A stretch of DNA of 64,000 nucleotides. Origin: Octopus vulgaris (Eukaryota). The DNA is taken from NCBI GenBank assembly GCA_951406725.2, contig OX597836.1:1302001-1366000 (forward strand). Direction: 5' to 3'. A program made the position numbers and the translations under genes. Below, piece by piece: positions 41,788 to 54,762 of the stretch; position 1 is the first letter of the stretch; each line of letters opens with the position of its first letter. The notes beneath the pieces are model-generated. The model was given only the letters and a program-made list of their open reading frames with translations, was not told the origin of the DNA and did not search any database.

Positions 41788-43036
41788 CGTATAAGGTTAT
41801 ATGTTTATGTGTGAGTATATATATATATTATTTATGTGTGCGTTCACACACACAAATTCATATATTTACACACACTTTTACACGTACTTCTAAGATTGCA
41901 GTGACGTACAAGAAAAATAACAATATCAACAGCTATACGGCAGCCATATTTTACATCTCTGCAAACACCTTTTATACATCATTTCAGACACATAAACACG
42001 CACACTTTCACACGTATATATGCTTGTAACGTATTCTATTTTGATTATACATAGCCACATACTTTAGTATACACATACAAGCAAAGAGATGTGTACACAC
42101 ACGCACACATACACGCGAGCACTCAGACACAGACACACATACATTTGTGTATTATAATTCTTGAGTGTGTATGTATATATATACATACACACACACAAAC
42201 ACACACACATATACATATATACATACACACATATATATATATATACATATATACATACATACTCACACACATATTTATATACATACGCAACATATATGTG
42301 TGGGTATGAGTGTGTGTGCGAGTATGTATACACACACATACTCACACACATACACATGTATATATATATATATACACGTGCATTTGTGTGCGGGGTATCC
42401 ATTTATAACAACTACAAACCAACAACGCGAGCAACATCCGTATCAAGAACAACAACAACAGCAGCAACAACAACTCCAAGTACTGCGAGGAAGCCATTAC
42501 ATAATGGCGGTATCAACAGATTATCCGCCATTTTCAAAGTGTTTAATTGATTTTGCTTGTTCAATGGTCTGTTGAGATGAGGATGTGGAATGGGCGGGGT
42601 GACAAAGGTTTGACACCATATATGGTAGTAGGTGTGGTGAAGGGGAGAGTAAATATTCAATCGTTGAGGTGGTGGCAGTGGTGGTGCTGTTGATGGTGGT
42701 GGTGGTGGTGGTGGTGGTGGTTAAGGTTGATGACTGTGACAGCTCCGGCAGTGTTGCCGTTGCTCGTGATGATAGTGGTTGTGGTGGGAGGAGAGCTATT
42801 GTCAGTGGCTGGTTGTACGGTTGGCGTATTAATTATGCGGGTGTGGATGTGGTGGTGGTGGTGATGGCGGCGGCGGCGTTATTGGGCGTGTTGGTGATGA
42901 TGATGCTGATGCTGATGCTGTCGATTGTGAATTGATGGAGTTAATGGGGATGGTGGTGACGAACGCAGTGCTTTCTGCACATGTGTGAATATGTATATGT
43001 ATATGTGTGTGTGTATGTGTGTGTATTTGGTATGTG

Positions 43037-43159
<123 letters not shown>

Positions 43160-43618
43160 CATATGTATATAAATGCATACACATATACATATACAGGTAC
43201 CCACATGGTATTCAGAAGCACGCTAACAATCACTCACTCACACACATACACACACGCACACATACGCACACACACATACTCACACACACACACACGCACA
43301 CGCCGTTTCCTAATTCCGTAGTCCGGCGTTACATTTCTATACAGCGCACTCACTTTATACCTGTCATAAACCAACTTTAATTTGACATCCTTTATTGAAT
43401 TCTTGCATTAAATATTCTCCCCCTCCTCCTCCTTTTCTCGCGCGGTTGTTGTTGTTATTGTTGTTGTTGTTGCTATTGTTGGTGTTCTTTTTCTACTTCT
43501 CTCCCCCTCCACTTCTCTGTTACTCCTCATTACCCGCTAACCCTTACACATGTTTCTAATCTATCAATAACCAGCATCTGATACCTCTCCCTATATCTAC
43601 GCAATTCTATAACCACAT

Positions 43619-43656
<38 letters not shown>

Positions 43657-44899
43657 CTGTTAAATTAAACACTCTTATCAGCGCTTCTCACATTCAATTA
43701 CGTACATTCAAGTCATCCTACCCACCTTCACCAAAGTTAAGCAACCTCTTCTACCCCCAACCATTTACTCACACTTAGCAGGGATCCCCCCTCCTTAACT
43801 CGTAGTTTAGGTTTAGCACTCTGAACCTCATTTTTATGCTCGTTACCCAGATTCATTTTCTCTCTAAAATCTACATTTGAAATTCCTGGTGGCGTATTTT
43901 CACCAAACGCAAACCAAAAGTCAAATCACATCCAATATCCACAGAATAAACCCATTAAAGGATCTCCTACTTTAAGGCATGTATCCTTGGAAACAGGAAA
44001 TTAACAGTGTCATTATATACTCCCGTTCCCTCTCTACTGTACACATGTAAATACATATATACATTCATATACATACACACACAGAGGCACATACTTATTT
44101 ATATATACACGGATATATATGTACACACGCATTCATACATATTTGTACACAAATATATATACACATATGCGTTAGCATAATACAATTTTTTTTATGAACT
44201 CAAAACGCATTTTATGTTCTTCGCTGTGTCCAGCAGAGGCTGACCTTGGGCTAAATAACAAGGACAGTGGTAGCAACAACAACAACATCAAAATGTTCGC
44301 TAATTATTAATTACTTGCCTTACCAGCTTCTCAAATTTAGCGACCACCACTTGCTTGTCTGTCACCAAGACAATTGAACCTTCCCATTCTCACACTATAT
44401 CATGCCAAATTCTACCTTCTCTACCGCTGCGTAATTGCACAACCTACTGCAAGACTATAGCTGCATATTTGCACTGCAAACTGCACAATTCCACTTGCAA
44501 CACAATCGCTTTCTTAACTCCAAGAGTCTGGTAGTATATACCTGTCATTACATACTCCCGTTAGCATTCTACACTTTCATACATAAATATTTACACATTT
44601 CCAGTTTCTGTAAGAAACAACGAAAACTGAATTGAACCCGATGAATCATCCGTCACTTTCGACGATGAGCATTCGTGTGTTCATTTAAACACGTTAAACT
44701 AATGACCGAATGGTAGTGTATCACAGAGGCACTTGTTCTCTCAACTCTCTGGCATAATCAATGGACAACTTGACCAATGAACCCGAAGTCGAGCAGTGGT
44801 GGTCAGTCGACACTGAAGGCAAGGGGTCGGATCTGGACTTGTGCAGTTCACATTTTCGTGGTGTCCTTGGCAATCCTGTTCTGTTCATAGAAGGTGGTA

Positions 44900-45770
44900 C
44901 CTCTAATGGTGCAGCTTCGCCAGGCAGGACGGCCTTGCGTTTGCGTTTCCCAGGTATCAGTATTTCTTGCAAACCTCTTCAGTGCAACTGTGAGCAGGTC
45001 CTTGGATCGTCGCAAAACAGTCTCTTGGAAAGTAATGTGGGGAGTTGCCGCAGAACACCAAAACCAGACTTGTCAGCTGTACACTTCACTATGGTAAACG
45101 ACAGTTTTCCAATATGCTATACAATGGGATCGATCAAAGCTTGGATCTCAACATTACGAAACGGACTTTCTTAATCTCTCAGCTATGTTTCCGGTCGTCT
45201 TCAGTGATGCTTAAAATGAAGACAAATGAATATTCACACCCACACCAACGAGACACTGATGCCAAATAGAACTGGGTGAATGACAATAAAATGCTATTTG
45301 ATGCCACTAAATTCTATGGGCTGAATTACAGAGAGAAATCCCAAAGGAATGTTCTATTTTATATCAAACAGGGAGCAGTTGAAAATTGGACCCTTTCACG
45401 ATACCGGTTTTGTTGTTTGTAGATGTATGTTTCTCTAAACATGTTCATAGATTGTCGAGAATTTGCCAAAAGCTCAGTCAGTGAAAATCAAGGATATTTA
45501 CAACGAAGATGCTGACGTTACTGTTCACAAACTGTAAAATCTTGCCCTCGTATCAGGTGGTCGGACTAATGTCCACAACTATGGTTTCTAGTGCAGCAAG
45601 TTTTATATTTTTAAATGATGTTCCCCTAAAGAATATATGTGAAGTTGGAGATCTTTGCCATTAACAAGATCTCTACGGAATGTTTCTTTTGTACATCTCC
45701 GAGGGAGTCGATATGCCATATACGATGAGGAAGATTCTCGAAAATCTTGATGTCAACTTTGGCAAAGTGA
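44900..45770 (+). mobile_element. Decayed CR1-like LINE, RT and C-terminal fragments
   Basis: SWKVMWGV (compare V.SGVPQG); QRDTDAK*NWVNDNKMLFDATKF (compare LQ.DL...W...N.M.FN..K); RYAI...KILE. Confidence 0.55.
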
Positions 45771-46734
45771 GGAAAAGAGAGAAAGAATGAGAGAGAGAGA
45801 GAGAGAGAGAGAGAGGAAGGGAGAGAAAAGGAGAAATTAAGTCTAAAAGGAAGTTCAGTTATTCGCGAATATTCCCTTCCTCAGTCGTTCTCATCAAGAA
45901 CTGCAACAATATAAAACGTCAAGGTCCTCCACTGTATAGTTTCGCCCCAAATGGACCCTGTCACCGTGAGTCCCTGATGAGAAGAGGTTCGTCCCTCACT
46001 GATATATATATCTTGTTCTTAGCATATCTCAAGGAAAGGATTTTCTCTCAACAAAAAAAAAACAAAAATAAATTAATAAGAAAAACAATCCTCGTGCGGG
46101 TCAGTGGTGTTTTTGTACTTTGAGTATGATCCACAAATATGCGTCTATGAAATGGCATGTTGCGTTGAATGTCTGTGCCTGGTATATTCTGTTATGTTTT
46201 GTATAACACACTTTGGTTTGGCTACATGCGAGCACAAACATACACACACACTCAATCGCACACATACACAGACAAACAGACGCACTAGAACACATACACA
46301 CACACATTCACAAACGTCACAAATACCTCAAACACTTATAACGTTCGAATGTGTTTCTCAAAAGGTTCAGACAAGATGGTTCAGTACCCCTGACCTATCC
46401 AAATACCCTTACCAACAATATGGCTGATGTTCAGTTTTGAAAGCGGTATAAGTAAAAACCAACCACCATAATACCGTGTTGCATTTACCCATAAAAACAT
46501 TGGAAACATTGGTGGAAACCTAAGGCAGCAAACGACTGGATGGAATGCTGGTGCTGGGTCGTACTGACCAGAGTTAGCAAGCAGATAAACGATAACAGCA
46601 AAAGAAGAAATGGTCGGAAGTAACTGAAAGGACACCGGTTTCAAGTTCATATTTAGGGCAAACAGGTGACAGCATTTTTACTCGCGCTACACTATGCCCA
46701 ACAACATACCAATGAAGCAGTTCCTACCTTGTTT

Positions 46735-47110
46735 CACGATTTGCTATAAACAATAGCCAAATGTCCTTAAAATCATACGTTAAACTCTTAGGAAAAGACT
46801 TTCTGATTAATGTAGTTCTGGTTTGGTTCCTTAGGAAAAGAGAAACGATGGCCAAACTGATCTGATTTGGGGCTTATCAAACAGGAGATTAATATACCCC
46901 GTTGCATTTAGTCATTACGGACCCTCTTCCTGGAGACTTTACCTGCTAGAAATAGCAACCAATTTTCTTTCAAATTACATCTAATGTCTTGAAGAGAAAT
47001 GGAAAGAAAAAAAAATCATTGGCTAAAAATACGGTTTGGTCACGGCTGGAATCGCTTTGAATACAGGTTTGTTCGATCAAGTTTGACCCAGGGCTATGCA
47101 ACAACAATAA
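46735..47110 (+). mobile_element. Two old repeat family D tails
   Basis: CTGCTAGAAATAGCAACCAA...GGTCACGGCTGGAATCGCTTTGA...TTCGATCAAG...TGACCCAGGGCTA-(CAA)n; related copies at 13918, 40870, 44240 and 63490. Confidence 0.6.
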
Positions 47111-47184
47111 CAACAATAACAAGAACGACGACTACTCTTCGCACAGGTTTCATCTGTGGCACACATTTTTAATTCTCTCTTCAA

Positions 47185-47274
47185 ACACTTCCACCCGAAA
47201 TGAAATAACTCACCCCTTCATCTCTCTGACACCCATTCACTCGTACACACATACACACCCATACGTATATCACA

Positions 47275-47312
<38 letters not shown>

Positions 47313-47612
47313 GACACTCAGACACACTTTTCCATGGACCTTCGCCACTCCACTACTCGCCTCTCCGTCCACCCGTCATTCTTCACTTCACCCGAAATGA
47401 AGCACTCAGCCCCTAACACACACATACACACATACTCACACATTTATACACGCACACACACGCATACACAACCATACACACAAATACATAGAACTACACA
47501 CGTATACACTGATTCTTACGATCACTACATTACACTATTCGACTACCCCGACAATCTTCTTTCCACCCGAAATGAAACACTCCATCTCAAATCAAACAGG
47601 CACACAGACACA

Positions 47613-47671
<59 letters not shown>

Positions 47672-47774
47672 ACACAACTTGTTTGAAACACTACATTATA
47701 CAACTTTTCCACCCGACATTCTACTCTCCACCCGAGAAGAAACACTCCAACTCACTTCATATTTCACCCTCTCT

Positions 47775-47817
<43 letters not shown>

Positions 47818-47828
47818 AACACACACAC

Positions 47829-47888
<60 letters not shown>

Positions 47889-48020
47889 AGCACACACACA
47901 CATACAGTGTCATACACGAATATACTCGCTGTTCAAAGCGACTACACAGCACGCCTACCCGAACCCTCCCCTACCACGTGACCACCCGTCAGTCTTCTCT
48001 CTCCACCCGTCCACCCGAGC
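47185..48020. repeat. Dispersed array: five copies of a CCACCCG...CCACCCGAAATGAAACACTC block separated by CA-rich spacers
   Basis: Blocks at ~47189, 47369, 47543, 47709 and 47982. Confidence 0.8.
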
Positions 48021-48119
48021 CAATCGTTACAGTATTGCAGTAAAAAGAACTGAAAGCCGTAAATCTCTTTGATCTGAGATTTAGCAGTCAGTGGAGTGAT
48101 GTAAAATGTGTGAGATGTA

Positions 48120-48301
48120 AGGGCAGCAGCAGCAGCCGCAGCAGCAGCGGTAGTAGAAGTTATAGTAGTAATAGTAAAGTAGTGGTGGCGTTAGTAGTAG
48201 TGGTGCTTCGAGAGGTAGAGTGGTGTTGATGGTGGTGATGGGGCCACATTAGTGGTAATTAGGGCTGAGCTAATAGCAGTGCTAAGGTAGCAGCAGCAAA
48301 T

Positions 48302-48332
<31 letters not shown>

Positions 48333-48630
48333 CGGTGGTGGTGGTGGTGGTGGTGGTGGTGGTGGTGGTGGTGGTGGTGGTGGTGGTGGTGGTGGGTGGC
48401 GGACGTACAGTGGTGGTCGTATGTGTGTGATGCTGCTACAATTATAGTGTTTGTAGTATTGGTGCCAGCACTTGTGGTATCGTTCTGATGGTGGCGGTAT
48501 GGCATATTTCGGTAGTGGTACCCTGGTGGTGGTACCCTCACCGTAATTCTAGTAGTGGTGTGATAGTGACTAGAGTGCTACAGTGTTGTTAGTAGTTGTG
48601 GCTGTGATATGCTGCTGATAGTAGTAGTAA

Positions 48631-48691
<61 letters not shown>

Positions 48692-49794
48692 TTAGTAGTA
48701 GTGGTAGCAGTGAAGTTTGTAGTGGTGTCCGTGGTAGCGATGGTGATAGTTGTGATAAAGTTATAGTTGAGGGGCTATGGTTACTTAGCGTAAACAAAGT
48801 TGTGGTACTTCTTGTAGTAGTAGTAGTATTAGTAGTGGTGGTGGTGGTGGTGGTGGTAATGTTTGTTGTTGTAGCTGTTGTAGTGACAGCCATCTGTGTT
48901 GCGGCTGATTGAAGAGATAGTTGTGATGCAAAGCCACTGGTTGCAGGATCGAACTTGGCGTAGGGACGGGTGTAATTTTGTTTGAATTAACGGTTGTTGT
49001 TGTGGTGGAGTTAGTGGTTATGGTAGTGGTTTGGGTGTTTGTGTTGCTGTTGTTGTAGTGTTGGTGGTGGTTGCGTTCATTCTGGTGCAGTCAAGATGAC
49101 GATGCACAAGTTGTGATGATTGCTTATGTTGTAGTCAGGGTGGTTGTTGTGTTGTTGGTATTAGCTGTCGTTGCTGTGGTGGTATCAGAGGTACTATGAC
49201 TTAATGTTGTGATGGTGGTGGTGGTGTGGTGGTGCTGATGGTCGTCTATTTGTGTTGCTGTTGCTGTTGTTGTAGCCTTGTGTCCTTATTATTGGCCAGT
49301 ATTCTCTTCATGTACCGCTATACTCATGGTGTTGTTGTTGCGAGGGTTTTGTTGCATTGATGTTGTGATTGTTGTTGTTTAAGAACTGTTATTGTTGTGA
49401 GGATGTTGGGGTGTTGTGTTGGTGGAGGGGCGGGTATTGGCGATTGTAAAACTGGTGGCTCTCTTCTTCTTGTAAAGCCCCAAACCTGTTCCCATCTACG
49501 TATTCCTACCACGACCATCCCGTTTGTATTCAGATACCACATAACAAATAAAAAAAGGATAATGTAACTGAGGTACACATCAGCATTTTAATGACAGCAG
49601 GTGTGATATAAGGATGTTTGAGCTACTATTTTTAGCAGATCAAGTGACCACATAGAAGCTCTTGCTAATGATGGTAAAAGTGATGTTGGAACTATCATCT
49701 TCATCATCATCGCTGTATTTCTCGTCATCATCATCATCATCATCATCGTTATCATCATCATCATCATCGTCATCATCGTCGTCCTCGTGGTGAT

Positions 49795-49829
<35 letters not shown>

Positions 49830-49999
49830 TCTTCATCATCATCATCATCTTCATCATCGTCGTCCTCGTGGTCATCATCATCATCATCATCATCATTATC
49901 ATCATCATCAGCAACATCATTATCATCATCATCATCATTATCTCCATCGTCGTGGTCATCATCATTATTTGCTATCATTATTATTATTATCATTATTTT

Positions 50000-50030
<31 letters not shown>

Positions 50031-50090
50031 GGTAGTAGCTGCAACAGCAGTAGTAGTATGGTAGTAGTTCTTGTAGTTGTGATGTTATTA
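48120..50090. repeat. Low-complexity trinucleotide domain: (GCA)n, (GGT)n, (GTA)n, (GTT)n, (CAT)n
   Basis: Direct inspection; ORFs here are homopolymer translations. Confidence 0.9.
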
Positions 50091-50117
50091 GTGGTGTTTC
50101 AGTCGGCGATAACTCTG

Positions 50118-50189
<72 letters not shown>

Positions 50190-50349
50190 GTCTGCGTATA
50201 GATATCTGCCAATACGTGTTTGTTTAATGTATGTGTGAACGTGTGTGAGCGTACGGGTGGCTGGTAAGGCAAGAGGTGTGGGGTAGGTGGGTATTGATAG
50301 ATAAAGCAATAAAGATCGATATATTCGTTATTGATGAGAAAGAAAGAGA

Positions 50350-50505
50350 GCAAGAGTTAGAAAGAGAGAGAGTTAGAGAAAGAGAGAGTTAGAGAAAGAG
50401 AGAGTTAGAGAGAGAGAGAGTTGGAGAGAGAGAGTTAGAGAGAGAGAGTTAGAGAGAGAGAGAGTTAGAGAGAGAGAGAGAGAGAGAGTTGGAGAGAGAG
50501 AGAGA
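50350..50505. repeat. (AG)n with periodic GTT interruptions (AGAGTTAGAGA units)
   Basis: Direct inspection. Confidence 0.9.
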
Positions 50506-50982
50506 ACTTCAAAGATAGAATGAGAATCAACGACAGAGTGTAATAATCAGAGTGTAGCAGAGAATGATAGAGACGGAGAGAGAGAGAGAGAACGAGAGTG
50601 AGTGAGTGTGTGGAGAAAGAAGAGTGATGGAGGGAGGAGAGAAGTGAAGGAGGGAAGACGAAGTCGATAGACTGGAGAGAAAAAAAAGCAGGAAGTTGAA
50701 GAAATGGGTATTGGACGGAGGAGACGGTGCGAGGAGGTAGGAGGAGTGCGGGAGAGAAAGAGTGAGGGAGAGAGAAGAAAGATGTGAGAGTGATGGGAGA
50801 GAAGAGGGTGGTTCGGCGGGTTTGTAGGTTAGAAGTGGCTAATCGGGTGGGGGGGGGGAAGGGTGCAAATGGGGTGGCAGGGTGCCGCGGATTGGTAACA
50901 AGAAAAAAGTACTCGTTTTAGTTGCTGACTCTCTGAATCTTTGATGAGACTGCAGGAAAAGAAAGTGAAAGTGAAAGAGAGG

Positions 50983-51034
<52 letters not shown>

Positions 51035-51211
51035 AAGAGAGAGAGAAAGAAAAAGAGAGCGAGAGAGAGAACACAGGAGGGAGCAAGTGTTATAGAAACA
51101 CAGACGTGAGTGTTCATAAATATACAAGAGAATATCATATATACACGCACCCAAAGATATACATCATATATATATATATATATATATAAATTATATATAT
51201 ACACGTAGATA

Positions 51212-51266
<55 letters not shown>

Positions 51267-51589
51267 TTATCTATCTACCTATCTATCTACTTATCTATCT
51301 ACCTATCTATGCACATATATTGTATATTATACAGAAGGGTGCAAAAGTTGGTATCCAGTTCTGAAGAAAGAAAACATGTACGATACTCATTTATTTTTAT
51401 CTAAAATATTACAAGTTATTACAAAAACACATTATTATAATATTATGAGAAATGGATTGTTATGATTATTGACAATGAAAATGAAGCTAATTTAATGTGC
51501 TAATAATCTTAATGAACTCAGTACGATAATATTCATGTCATACTTATTGTGTACGTCATTTGGTACGACCTGTATAGATATGTAAGTAT

Positions 51590-51750
51590 GTGAGGTAAGT
51601 AGCTTGATTATCAACTACGTGGTTCCGGGTTCAGTCCCACTGCATGGCACCTGGAGCAAGTGTCTTTTACTATAGCCTCGAGCCGACCAAAGTTTTGTGA
51701 GTGGAATTGGTAGACAGAAACTGAAAAGAAGCCCATCTATATATACGTAA

Positions 51751-51817
<67 letters not shown>

Positions 51818-51995
51818 TGCATCTTGTCCCTCCACCATCACTTGACAACCAATGCTGGTGTGTTTACGTCCCCGTTAACAAGCGGTTCGGCAAAAGAGAC
51901 AGATAGAATAAGTCCTGGGGTCGATTTGTTCGACTAAATGTGGTGCTCCTGCATGGGCGCAGTCAAATGACTGAAACAAATAAAAAATAAAAGAA
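51590..51995 (+). mobile_element. SINE family B, near full length
   Basis: GGTTCCGGGTTCAGTCCCACTGC...GAGCAAGTGTCTT...(TA)n(TG)n...GCGGTTCGGCAAAAGAGAC...CAGTCAAATGACTGAAAC. Confidence 0.88.
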
Positions 51996-52067
51996 TAAAT
52001 GAATATACATACATAGGTGTATATAAGTATATATATATATGTATGTATAAATGTATACATGTATAAT

Positions 52068-52100
<33 letters not shown>

Positions 52101-52102
<2 letters not shown>

Positions 52103-52336
52103 AAGGCACGACTGTGTTGTTTATTAGTCGTTTTTCTTCGAGGATTTTTCATATCTCCTGATTGGTCCTCTGTGTCTAGTTTGGAACAATAGCGTTCCTA
52201 TGGCCATTAATGTTTCAAGAAAGCCTTACAACATCATTAATGGACAAAGGAACGCTATTGTGGCAAAATAAACAGAAAGAACTAATAAGATGATACGAGA
52301 AATCCTTAAAAAGATTAATCCTGAAACGCCGTGTCT

Positions 52337-52339
<3 letters not shown>
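52101..52339. mobile_element. Fold-back/MITE-like palindromic element within (TA)n
   Basis: Imperfect self-complementarity over the whole length. Inner arms ACAATAGCGTTCCTATGGCCATTAATG / CATTAATGGACAAAGGAACGCTATTGT pair at 25/27; termini CAAAGGCACG / CGTGTCTGTG; (TA)n on both sides. Confidence 0.7.
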
Positions 52340-52384
<45 letters not shown>

Positions 52385-52554
52385 CATACATACCACAAAT
52401 ACGAATGACAAAATGCAAAAAGAAAATTTACAAATGATAAGAATGATAAAAATTAAAAATTTACAAAGTAAAAATTAGAGCGTTAATAACTTAAGACTTT
52501 CACCCCTCCCACGAAAGTTCCGGCCTTGTGCGAAGATATAAAATCGATAATGAT

Positions 52555-52738
52555 TTCAAGGTTCGGCATAGTTCCAGCAGTTTCTAAGGGAAATCGATTA
52601 TATTGACCTCAGTATTCAATTACTACTTATTTTATCGACCTCGAATAGATGAATGTTAAAATCGGCCTCGGCGTAATTTGAACTCAAAACGTAAAGATTC
52701 AAAACGCTGCTAAAGTTTCTGCCAGATCGCCGCCTTCA
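52555..52738 (-). mobile_element. SINE family A
   Basis: ACTTATTTTATCGACC...GCCTCGGCG..ATTTGAACTC...TTCTGCCAGATCGCCGCCTT. Confidence 0.8.
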
Positions 52739-53999
52739 TTAATGGTAATGAGAATAACCGTTACACTTATACATTCTTTTATTTTTAATCTTTTTCTGCC
52801 TTCTACAGAGCCGACTTTTTCGTTATATGTGGCATAACTCGCCATTCCATTCCTCAATCTAATTCAAAGCAATGCGAAAGAGTAGAATAGGTTTAAATAC
52901 GAAAGGTTGTACGTATAGATTCGAACCAGAAATCAATAGATGACCAGTTTTTAAAATGTCAACAATGATAAAAGGAAGGTTTTACATCTGGGTATGAAAT
53001 ATAATTTCATGTTTGAATGTCATGGATGGTCAGAATATATAACTTCATTATACTAAAAAAAAAAAAAGAATACAACAAAAACGTAAAATAAAACAGAATT
53101 ATCGCATACTTTTGATTCAAACTTGAAGAAATTAGTTATTGCTTTGTGTATTTAATTATCTAAAGGCATGTTGCATATATATTCAAAACTGAATAAAGTT
53201 CCGCTTGAAGGAGGCTTTGTTCTTGCAGTGAAACGAAAGGTGTGTGCTACACGCAACTTGGATTAATTTCTGTTCAAGTTGTTCCGTAAACAAAAAAAAA
53301 AAAAAATGAAAAAAAACCTGATAAGTTGTCATATTATACCCAGATGGGAATTAATTCCTTCCTCACAATATTTCCATGGGCCTGAAACGTCTAGAGGTCG
53401 AGGCAATTTGAGGAACAATAAACGTGCGTACTGCATAACGGAAGAAGGATGTTGTATCTTGGTCAACACTTAAACGGTGTGTCTGATGGTGGTAGGTCAA
53501 TCCCACTTGACCACTGCGGTTGATGTACTCGGTGTCTGTTGACTATCATATGACTTTAGAGTGAAGTAATTCCCTTTAATATATTACTTAGAGAAAAGTA
53601 CATTGCTGAAGTAAGTTTTTACTCACTGACCTCCATCAGTAGCCAAGACGTTGTGCTTCTTCTTCTTAGCTGATGATGGTTCCAATATCTGGCGTAACAG
53701 CTTGGGTGAGGAGTCAGATACTTTGGAGGAAATTCTGGAAACGTGAGCCATCGGATGAGGACCACTGCTGTTATTTTTTTTAAAAATTTAGCCTAAGCCA
53801 CTTTATTATTCTTTGTAGAGTCTAGATCTCGCTCGTAACGTGTGTTTGCCATTTTTCTTCTTTTTTAAGTCATCCGATTCGAATGTCAAGGAACACCATT
53901 GTTGAAACGTCGCTATAAAAGACGCTTTACCGGTAAGAAGGGTGATTTTATGAAATAATCCACCCTCTTAAATAGTAACCATCTGTCTATATTACGACG

Positions 54000-54078
<79 letters not shown>

Positions 54079-54124
54079 TATCATCATTATCGTTATCGTC
54101 ATCGTTTCATCATCATCATCATCA

Positions 54125-54177
<53 letters not shown>

Positions 54178-54192
54178 GTTATTATTATTATT
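54000..54192. repeat. (CAT)n(TAT)n microsatellite
   Basis: Direct inspection. Confidence 0.95.
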
Positions 54193-54196
54193 ACAA

Positions 54197-54762
54197 AGGC
54201 GATGAGCTGGCAGAATCATTATCACGCCGAGAAAAATGATAAACGGTATTTCGTCTGCCATCCCTTTCTGAGTTCAAATTCCGCCGAGGTCGACGTTGCC
54301 TTTCATCCTTTCGAGGTCGATTAAATAAGTACCAGTTACGCACTGGGGTCGATGTAATCGATTTATCCGTTTGTCCCCTCTGTGTTTAGTCCCTTGTGGG
54401 TAGTAAAGAAACAGGTATTTCGTCTGCCGTTACTTTCTGAGTTCAAATTCCGCCGAGGTCGACTTTGCCTTTCATCCTTTCGGGATCGATAAATTTAAGT
54501 ACCAGTTACGCACTGGGGTCGTTATAATCGACTTAATCCGTCTGTCTGTCCTTGTTCGTCTCCTCTGTGTTTAGCCTCTTGTGGGTAGTAAACAGGTATT
54601 TCGTACGTCGTTATGTTCACAGTTCACATTCCACAGAAGTCGATTTTTGTCATTTATCTTTTCGGAATCGATAAAATAAGTCCCAGTTGATCACTGGCAG
54701 TTGACGTAATTGACTTACCTCTTCCCCCAAAATTGCCGGCATTGAGCCAAAATTTGAAATCC
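54197..54762 (+). mobile_element. SINE family A trimer (full unit plus two head-less units)
   Basis: Junctions GTGGGTAGTAAA(GAAA)CAGGTATTTCGT at ~54400-54423 and ~54581-54604. Confidence 0.9.

Noticed and set aside
45973-46000. CTGATGA hammerhead core
   Set aside because: No downstream GAAA and stem arrangement.
47185-48020. CRISPR-like repeat-spacer pattern
   Set aside because: Repeats are degenerate and spacers are long, unequal microsatellites.
50350-50505. Telomere-like TTAG repeats
   Set aside because: Units are AG-microsatellite variants, not TTAGGG or TTAGG.
51330-51575. Possible Tc1/mariner TIR (TACAGAAGGGTGCAAAAG)
   Set aside because: No convincing matching inverted end or transposase found.
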